Positions 47,601-56,179 of a stretch of DNA of 64,000 nt are shown here, one piece after another (the stretch's first letter is position 1; every line of letters starts with the position of its first letter). The notes below the pieces were generated by a model that saw only the letters and a program-made list of their open reading frames with translations, was not told the origin of the DNA and did no database searches. A program made the translations under genes and the position numbers. The stretch comes from Schizochytrium sp. TIO01 (taxonomy: Eukaryota > Protista > Bigyra: Labyrinthulomycetes): positions 1,178,001-1,242,000 of the forward strand of contig SMSO01000025.1 of assembly GCA_004764695.1 (NCBI GenBank), in the 5' to 3' direction.

Positions 47601-48107
47601 GATTGGGCCAATAGTACCACCGTCCCCAGTGCTTCTTCCACCTAAAATAGGGGCTGATGCAGCTCTTGAGCTAGTAGCGTAAACTTCCTCAGAACTGTCT
47701 CTAAATGCCATCGAAAATCCTTGTGGTTCATTCAAAGATGTTGGGACAAGTGTAGATTGCTCATCATTAAGTCGACCTGACATGTGCGGTGAGGGGGCCA
47801 AGGAGTGCAGTGGTACGACCACGGGCCCTTGTGAGGGCGTCCTGCGATAATCTGGGTGCGGTCGGCGATATATTAAAGTATCTTGATCGTTTTGGTACAT
47901 AGCTTCTGCAAAGTTCTCTCCGGGTAAAGTCAGCTCATGCATGGGGTCTGGAAGTGCATGGTTTCCTCGCCGTGAATAGGCCTCTGCAGGGTCTGGAATC
48001 ATGTCATAATTAGCAGGCATGCCCGCTTGAGCAACCGAGTCATACCCGGCTTCATTCATAGCGAAGCTGTGGTGGGCCAAATCTCCCCGGGGCTGTGGCA
48101 GCTGCAT
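44682..48107 (-). CDS. 1141-aa uncharacterised protein: Cys/His basic N-terminal domain, long S/Q-rich disordered region, C-terminal FABP/lipocalin-like domain; putative transcription regulator
   Basis: Long ATG ORF with a globular block at ~aa 200-380 ending in RRRRR, poly-Q/poly-S tracts, and a C-terminal NIQGRW..SENL..KMGTPWILSKM..FVLDGEEH pattern. The ORF is confident; the function is inferred. Confidence 0.85.
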   Translation of the reverse strand: MQLPQPRGDLAHHSFAMNEAGYDSVAQAGMPANYDMIPDPAEAYSRRGNHALPDPMHELTLPGENFAEAMYQNDQDTLIYRRPHPDYRRTPSQGPVVVPLHSLAPSPHMSGRLNDEQSTLVPTSLNEPQGFSMAFRDSSEEVYATSSRAASAPILGGRSTGDGGTIGPIRQNTMEMMTAPRTRHGPVGTQGGINGTGGMRGSFENSIFKPRYQRNNKRGGLKNLRCFPSCGFRHKEKGFCGRSVEIDLSHPPETSSSRFNTWVEFVRTDEPPRYHLGERVSMDVLLDLERSKDEPIKPLVRGERLDEKCTESSTSFEFNRERRGWHYGWASNKHTCNAQHALQCYIFEASEHDPNEHVCKLIVRSPSFMLFCRRRRRFTLMPSAPTSAPTKRARSAASANEHAATVKRERLERNDDEDFGNDEDVEDGDEEENVALVTSSTSLSSSLVDSGNVGRLNPQNPADASSSSSSTSSTPLSHQSQGHQHQYPQPSSRVGPSKLPSGKKYHAPTALASSSSSSSLTPQVSPVQSSMQGVVHSQSVPSMPPKVAAQKLPNHSNRSRESQGSTYTAGSIRLGGIGMADSSRAESVFKRLAVIMSRIQQQQQQQQQQHASDVASASSSSMSAPGPTARSSMGPMVMTIPPLIPPMAAGPGSSCTVASRSDPHGSSAIHDPVEIVDGLAPLNDTEEDNEATDDAFNVHVLDALELFTKMPDFGDDPFMFDSVANNEDSFGGAPYSSIEPTSLNHSTAFHHQSQSSRYPPAHGSAHHHQNGETHLTQHQQRHRKHSQHEDGDSQQYHSSSGTSGTIENGYSVQSESHNPSVSTNSLLPGDNVPFPRPLKRTTSEQMIDDVAQYLSNESKFQRALGNITRQAHNGAPDYQGFLRMVQDYLESYRRSRNISRSEFDRVFNNAVNKFQQQHPTRMSGESSVSPSLDAQEPVVTPRQSLLGSAFGALTSFVSTSSSASTGSYSASPDQPLYLEGPGNVRIPNIQGRWRQTEVSENLMQELRVKMGTPWILSKMFEFMESRYEIEIVGLNMVTRLNRKWISNTILRFVLDGEEHAWGISLPAPFSQLSQGWTYRAWIEDHKIILTHMIGDQRVTRINWVSRDRKMLHSIVILEVQDMQTGNYLEMGRVNQHATLEP

Positions 48108-50816
48108 GTCAATCCCAGCTTCTACTAAACTTGAATTTACGCTCTTCCCGGCCTTTTTAGATTAAGGTTCTCCTACTGTGACTGGATGCAGTGTCTGAAT
48201 TCCTGTGTGACAAGTTTGTTTGCAGTTGAAGCCTTCTTTGTGGAACGTGCGGTACGTGCGATATCTCGGTCCACGATTGGCTTCCGATGTTGCCAGATTT
48301 TTTATCAAGTCTGACAATTTTCGCTACTGGTCCCGTCCAGTCTAAAGAGCGCCCTCAGAACCTCTAGTCGCCTTGAAATGGCCTCTCCGATGCAGTAGCA
48401 AAGGCTTTCTTGCCCGGGCCAAATGCGGCCACTGTGAGATCACTAACACCAATATGGACCTCAGTAGTATCTCCTTTCTTTTGCTTGCGTAGACCTCGGA
48501 AAAGCCTCGTAATCGGGCTCGACCCGCTGCCACGATTTGGCGCCTCGGGGTCACCTTCCGGCCGCCTGGCTGCCGGCAGGCCCCGATTGGACCTGTGAAG
48601 CGCCTCAGTCGACGCAGGTCGGCAGCCAACCGAGGCCGCCGCCCGCACGACTGCGCGGGATTGAGAGTCTGACTCGGCGGCCAAATGGAAAGCGACGCGA
48701 GACAGAGAAAAGAAATGTGCCTTGGCCTCTTTCCATTTCCATAATAAACCCGTATCATTCCCTACGCCGCAATTTCTTTCATTCTGGCCATTCCGCTTTA
48801 CTCCACTTTCCAGTCTATAACATACAGTTCTGTATCCTATAACCTACTGTAAAGGACTTTATAACTCACTTGCAATCTCCTCATTCCGCACTTGCGACTC
48901 CTTGGTTCCTCTTTCTGCTCTTGTGCCTAAGATTACTCTCCTTTTATTTATTCTTCAATTATTGCTTTTCGCTTCTTCTTCCTTTAACTTATCCTTTCTT
49001 CCTCCTTGATAGATATAAATTGATAAATTTATTTTTCTTTATTCCTCCTTTTGCTACATAGGTATACATAGTATTTTTATTTGATTTATTTAAAAAAAAC
49101 TTTAAAAACTTTTTATTTTATTTTTTAAATGTTGTTTCTTAATTAAAAGATTACATGGTATCCTAAGTACCACTCTTTGTTGCCAAAGGAATTCAATTGT
49201 CGGAAAAACCAAGCATAGCAGAAGAACGAAAAAGAGTGACCCCATAAACCAAGAACAACTTGTAAATCAACGCCACCAATACCACAATAGAACCACGAGG
49301 TGGAGATAAAGTGCGTGTGAGTGGGGTGTTGCATGTGGGGCACTATGCGTAACTCGCTTCCTATTGTCGCCTATTAAACGAAAACGTCGAAGTGCCCCAC
49401 GATCTCGTTCTTAGTTCCCGGCATCCTTAATCTCTTTCTGTCCAAGTCATTCTATATAACATTACACTCTAAAAGTAAAACATTTATTTTACATTATTTC
49501 TGCAAGTGAAGCCTTCTCGCAGCACAGCAACTATCGATCTCTCATATTTGTATGCTGCCTTAAAGGCTAGCCAGCTGTCCAGATAGAGGCCCCTTCTCCG
49601 ATGAAGTCTGGTACGAGTTGCCTGCCACCTTTGGTCCCTCGGCCATGACTCCTCTTGCTGTCTGTCACGAATACTCGCCCGCGTCGATGTCAGTTGTTAT
49701 CAAGACTGAAAGGACCTCCAGATACTTCTTCAGAAGGTACGCACTGTAAGACAGAAAGGGTCTCGGAGCAGAGCAGATGAGAACAGATCAGTGGGTGGGT
49801 ACTTCGATACCCCACCACCTACCTACACATAGAGCAGCAGGCACAGTGAAACAAATAGCAGCTGCTGCTCCTGGTGGATGTTTACCCACCATGTGTCTGT
49901 CATGAACCACGCGAATAAACAGCACAAATACCGTAAATGCCTTCATCAATCGAGGCGAATAGTTTCCATCTTGAGCTAACAACTAAAACCACCACCCCAA
50001 ACTTGCTTTTTCGATGGCAGCAAATGGCATCCCTACAACAGCAACAACGAAGACAAAATTAACAACAGCGACAATGTCCACCTCGACGAGTTTTCTCTCC
50101 AGACTTCCCTGCTCGTTGGCTTCGTTCTGCAGCTCCGCTCGAGTGCAATGCCCTGCTTCGAGTCCTTTTCTCCACAGTCTTCTCCTTCATTCGTGAGCTC
50201 TTCAAAGTGATCGACAACTAGGTACAGTACTTCTAAACGAATGAACGAATGAACTGCGATGTGCGAAGATTGCGACACTCGTGGCTGTCTGCCATTTTGT
50301 CTTCTTGAAGGCAAGCCCATTCGTGGCACGAGTTGATTGGCTCGAGCTGGAAAAGCTAAGGCGGACTCTGCTTGGTTATGCAGCCCTTTCCGCATTCCTT
50401 CGCTGAGCATGGTCGATTGTTTTGATTCTCCAAAGCACGCAAAGTTCGAGTTGGTTCAATCATTTACCTATCATCCTCAGCCTGTTTTCTGACATTTTTA
50501 TTCGATGGTAGATACTAAGTACCTACCTATACCCTACTTCAACGCCGCTGCATTTATTTATAGGCCTATAATTCGTTCTATGATGATTCCATGGTTCATT
50601 CCATCAATCACAGCGCAGCTTCTTCCGCCTCGCGGCGACTGTTCGCGCCTTCCTCGGCGTAGCTTCCAGCTTCGATCGCGCTAGCACGCTCGCCGGCACG
50701 CCGCTTCCACGCCGACCATCGCAGCGATCGAACTCGAGGTCTCTCAGAGCCCTGCTCGTTCATGCAGCGCTCAGGATGCCTCCATCGATCGGCTGTTGCT
50801 CCTCAATCGATCGCGA

Positions 50817-50896
50817 TTTGCTTTGCTTTGCTTTGCTTTGCTTTGCTTTGCTTTGCTTTGCTTTGCTTTGCTTTGCTTTGGTTTGGTTTGGTTTGG
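50817..50896. repeat. Compound pentanucleotide microsatellite (TTTGC)n(TTTGG)n
   Basis: About 13 TTTGC units grading into TTTGG units. Confidence 0.95.
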
Positions 50897-53888
50897 TTTT
50901 CTTTCTTCGCTGCTTCTTTCAGAGAATGTCAAATAAGAGGATCAATCTCCATTGACTCAGTTCGCAGCGATGATCGAAAATCAAATATCACGATCGAAAG
51001 TCAATGCAAACTCGATGGTACGTACCTACCTACCTACCTACCCACATGGCTGAGCGCTTGAGATCGGTCTCGCTCGAAGCATTACGCACTGCTTCGCGAA
51101 GACCGGCAGTAGAAGCTTGATGGAGTCGGGTCTGTCGTACCAGTGATGATGATGCACATTCATTCATTCAATCATTCATTTAATCATTCAATCATTTAGT
51201 TAGTTGGATTAGTTTAACTGCCGATGAGAGGATGAGAGTGTTCTCTTTTCTGCTGCTCCACGAGAACCGCAATGGACCCTGTGTGAATTGTATCGAGGCT
51301 TCCTGGTGAAAGCGAGGGGGTTGGCGTGCTTGGGTATTTCGTTTTTCTAGTGCACATTGATGAACGTCGAAGAAAGAGGCGCTTGGTCGCTGCTGTGTGC
51401 AGAGGTTTCGCAGTGGTCGGGTTGTCCACGCTAAGGTCGTCATGGTCAGAAAAACAAGCTCATGAAAATCAGATGAGAATACTTTACCTGGGAAAACAAT
51501 TATTTTACATTGACAATATTTTTATTTTATTTTTTAAATTAGAGAATTAAAATAATGAAAAATTGGAAGAAAAAAATCGTTTTTAGGCCTATATTTATTT
51601 GCTGATTATTTTCTTCAACTTAAAGACAATTATCAGGTATGCATAGGTGGTACTAGCTAGCTCAGGCTGTGGAATGATGAAGATTATGGTCAAATTCTTC
51701 GATGGTTATACTTGTGATTCAAGGAATGCTTCTAATTCCATTGCACTTGCTTTAAATGTTTTCGTTCTTCTTTCGTTCACTCAATTTGATTTATTCAATT
51801 TTTTAATTTTATTTTTTTAAAGTAATTGTTTTTTACTCTTGAACTTAAAATAAAGAAGTTTTATAATTTTAAGTGCGGTTCCTAGATGCCTACTATGTAG
51901 ACAAGTAGGTATGTTATTCCCCTTTTATTACCAACAAAATTTGACGTTTCATGAATATTCAACATTCGATGGCGATTCTGATGGGAGCGCCTTCCCTCCA
52001 GAACAAGTTTGCTACACGCGTACAGACAGTTCAAGGGCTTGCGAGCGGCCAGGATCAGCGCGAAACCACCCGAGCTTGAGGAGAAGAAACAAAGTCAACA
52101 GATGGCTCGATGAGTCGACCTTGAAATGGTTTCATGTTTAATCTAATGGAAATCCAACGATTCTTGACAATTGCTACATAATAAATGCGTAGGATGGAAA
52201 GGCTGCTTGCTATGCGGACCAGTGCGCCTAAGGAAGAGGGAGTGACGCTGACATTCAGGTTTGGGCAATAAGCGAATGGCATGACTGATCGCTATGAGCT
52301 AAACCCCTTCTCATCAATTAACATGACTTGTCAAGGGACATCCAGAGTCATCCTTAGGCTGCTGCAAACCTCATTATTGTTCGAGAGAGTTTATCTGCAA
52401 TCGATTCATGCACTCACACACTCACTCCCACGCCCAAGTGATATAAATGCCTGCGAGTCTGAAAACCCCACTAAGGATGGAATCTATGATGGCGGCAACT
52501 TATCGAAGTGGTGTGCCTTTTCACGAGCGAGCTTAGGTACACAGCTTATAGCTACCTAGGACATCAAGTTTACGACGATGATGATGAGCAGAGACTTTTA
52601 AGAAGCAACTTTAAGACTCAGGAGCCTGGCAACCCGAGGCTAAAGATTCCGGAAGCGCTGGTGTTTATTCACTCAGACGCAGTGCGTACTTAAGTGCTAT
52701 ACTGCTGCGGCAATCATCTTCTCTTCTTCTGTTGCCTTTGATGGGCTGCGCTGCAGCCTTCAAAAATGAATTATTTCTGTTTTGTTTTATGGTAAGTGTT
52801 AGGTTAGGTTAGATTTTCAGCTCTCTTCGTCACTTTCTGCCGGTTGGAAGTTGGCGCCTAATGACGCAAACAGGGCTATTATATTCCCCGCGTTCACCTT
52901 CGAAGATCCGTTAGGCCTATTGTCAAGGTGCGAGGGGAAGAGATAAATCTCGCACACCCTTGGCACTTACTTGGCGTGTAAAAACATGATAGGGACATCT
53001 ACCTGGTAGAGCTCGTCTTGACTGAGATCCAATTTTGCTTGCTTAATATTTTAGTAGATTGATTTAGAAATATAGTCAAGGGCACAAGAGTAGCGGTGGT
53101 AAGAATACGAAAGTATTGTTTCATGCGCAAGTTTTGCTGACTTTGTCAACAATCATACTCACAGTTGCACATTTGGAAAAATAAAATACAACGAAAAACG
53201 AAAAACGAAAAGAAAATAGAGCCACCTTTCTGGGGAACTGTTTTCGAGAATAACCCTGCCACTATAATAGGTAGACGTGTAGGTCCTGGGGTGCCGTAGT
53301 AGGCTCAGTTTCGCGCCCCCCCGAAACTCGCCGTTCAGCTTATTCGAAGCACCAGTCTGCTGTCGAGTTCCTAAACTTAGCCGCCTTAGAAATAACCCCT
53401 CAATAAGCGGCTGTGTTTGTAGTACTCTAGGTACTTCTTTCAAGTCAGTCGAACACCAAGTTTCCGCATTAAACGTATACCCGGTGGTAAAAAAGAAAAT
53501 AAAAGGAACAAAAGGTGAGTATCGCGGTGAAACAGCGCCGCAGGAAGTGCTTCAAGTCTCGACAGATAAAGAACTCACTGCCGGTCCATGTGGGTTCTTG
53601 TTCACACGCCTGTGCCCTGGTTCGCCTGACTGCTGCGGTGCAGGACAGAGGGGCGTGGCTGAAGAGAAAGCTATTGTGGCGTTTTCTCCTTGCGCGCTCG
53701 TTGCGTGCTCACCTAGGCTCTCAGGAAGAAGCGGCATCGACACTCGATAAATTGAAAAGCCGTAGTGATAACCATCACTCCTGCCACCAAAAAATATCAA
53801 AAGCTACAGAGAACAGCCGGCATAACTTGTGAACAAAACTCTGCACGAAGCTGTTTTTTGTTTGAAGTGGATTTCAAAACTCTCCAGC

Positions 53889-54815
53889 ATGGATTTTGTT
53901 GCCTCAAACGAAGGCCAATACAGGAAAGATGGACATGGGAACTCTAGTGTTGGACAAGCACAAGAAAAGAAATCAATGCATAATGAAACAAGCTTCGCTA
54001 CAGATGCAAAAACGGATGGCCTATTGCATAGAAGACAGCATTCCTCAGTTTGTCGTGACGTTGAATCCAAAGAAGAGCAAGACCAAAGTAAACGCGTGTC
54101 CAAGGGAACGGAGTCTCGTCATGATGCCACTGGTTTTGCACTGTATTGTATATTTCACCAGATGACCACCCAAACGAAGAACACTACAATGACGAAGAGC
54201 CAGCTTATCACAAGCTTGAAACAGTTAGGTGCAGACGAAAAAAATGCTCGGGACTTGGCTGCTGGGGTGGCGCCAGGTATTGAGCAAATCTCTTACGAAG
54301 TGTTCCAAAATCTAGCAAGACCTTACCTACGCAGAGCTGCTTTGCACAAACCGATTACTGTAAGTGGCAATACAATATCCTTGGTTACAAGTCATGTTCA
54401 GGTATTTCTCGGAGGTGCATGTAATCCTACGACTTGGCGCCGGGATATTGCTATTCCACAGCTTCAAAATGCTAACATTACATTCTATAACCCTCAGGTT
54501 GAAGACTGGTCGCCTGAGCTTGTACAAATTGAGGCAGACATGAAAGAATCTGCCCTTGTACTACTATTTGTCATTGGTGCACAGACCCGATCAATTGCTT
54601 CCATGATCGAGGCCGCAGAATACATCGCAATTCAAAGAAACGTTATCTTGGTCATCGAACCTCTGGACCCTAACTATTTTTCACCAGATGAACTAAAGGA
54701 CCTGGAGCGCGGTCGTGAATATCTTGCTGATATAGCTACTCGCAACCATATGCCAATCTATGCTACAATACCGGAAGCAGTAGATGCACTTATTCACTAT
54801 GTTCAAACACAATAA
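53889..54815 (+). CDS. Nucleoside 2-deoxyribosyltransferase-like (Raw-like) domain protein with a degenerate EF-hand-like region
   Basis: VFLGGACNPTTWRRDIAIP..ITFYNPQVEDW..LLFVI..TRSIASMIEAAEY..DLERGREYL is the NDT-like/Raw repeat pattern. First in-frame ATG is at 53889. Confidence 0.8.
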   Translation: MDFVASNEGQYRKDGHGNSSVGQAQEKKSMHNETSFATDAKTDGLLHRRQHSSVCRDVESKEEQDQSKRVSKGTESRHDATGFALYCIFHQMTTQTKNTTMTKSQLITSLKQLGADEKNARDLAAGVAPGIEQISYEVFQNLARPYLRRAALHKPITVSGNTISLVTSHVQVFLGGACNPTTWRRDIAIPQLQNANITFYNPQVEDWSPELVQIEADMKESALVLLFVIGAQTRSIASMIEAAEYIAIQRNVILVIEPLDPNYFSPDELKDLERGREYLADIATRNHMPIYATIPEAVDALIHYVQTQ

Positions 54816-56179
54816 ATTAAGCCTTATCGTAATTTTCAAACAATCTCAGGTAACTAACATTATGAAGTACAACGAAACTTTTTGCTTTGAATCGCTCGCA
54901 ACGCATGGATACACTAAGTGATTTTGCTTTGTCTTTTCAGCTGCACGTTTTGCATTTTATATCAACAAATCCATACTCAGACAAGCACTCATTAATTTCG
55001 CTTTGAACACTTAATATTCTGTAGCAGTAATTGTGAATACAAAAGAATGAATCATGCAAATGCACAACTCGAGGTAAGAGAAGGAAAAAATAATAAAAAT
55101 CTTTATATATGCTGGACTTTGCATTAGTATTAAGCAGTTTCAGCTTCTCTAGAAATGATCTAATTCGACTATAATAATATTCCGTTTTTCTTCGTGTATA
55201 AAGTACTTCGTTTTGTGACTGGGCTCACAAAACTTGACTAAAGAAGCTTTATTCGAATAATCCTTACTAAGAGGGGATACTTATTGATTCGGAGATCGAC
55301 TAATGAAGATGTTGTTAATGTACAGAGTGCAGGAACAATGAATGTTACGAAGTTTGACATGAATTAGAGACCTGCTAACTTCAGCTAAGTGATCCAGGTC
55401 ATCTGATCATCACATTTAATGATGTATATACGAATCACCGTAGGATAAATCAATGTCTTACAAACATAATTAAAGTTGAAGTGTCCAATACTGTCTGCAA
55501 CCTAGGAAGATCTTGGTTTTATGGATTGTTGCGTATTTCTGACTTCACGGCTTTTATGCCAATCAAGTTTAACGCCAATGCGCATCTGCTTCTTTTAATG
55601 TAACCCGAGAGTTTCATAATAGGTCTCCTACAACTCTACCATATTTCAAATCGACTAGACCTTCGATTGTCGATCCATCAATCAGTAATTTGAATATTTA
55701 ATTTGGAGTTTTATTTATATTATGCAGATTTGTCTGTTCTTTTAAACCCATATTTAAAAGAGTCCTAGGCTGGCTTTGCTGAAAGATAAATCCAAATTTA
55801 GGTAAAGATTACTTTAGGCTGCATTTGTAAATTCAGCTAGAAGTTCCTCGAGCTGTGCGTGTATTAATGCAACCCGGGCAATGTCATTTGCTGATATGGG
55901 ATAGATTGTCTAGGAGTCGAGCTTCATATCTTGTTTAAGCCTAAGCACATATAAGGAAGCTAGGTATGTATTATCTTGCATGAAAAACGAAATTGTTACT
56001 TCCGACTTAATCTTGGCAAGGAAAGTTACTTGCCCAGTGCCGCACGATTCCTTAACACTTTATCTAGTTTAAACTATAGGCTATCATTGCACCGCGACCA
56101 CAAGAATGACTGACTGAAAGAGAGATATTGAATTATATGGAAAAATTATAAACTCGCAACTTAAGCCTCGATCTCAACG

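Noticed and set aside
2750-48107. Lipid gene cluster (ALDH, ceramidase, lipase, esterase, putative lipid sensor)
   Set aside because: The genes are dispersed among unrelated housekeeping genes, and there is no evidence of co-regulation.
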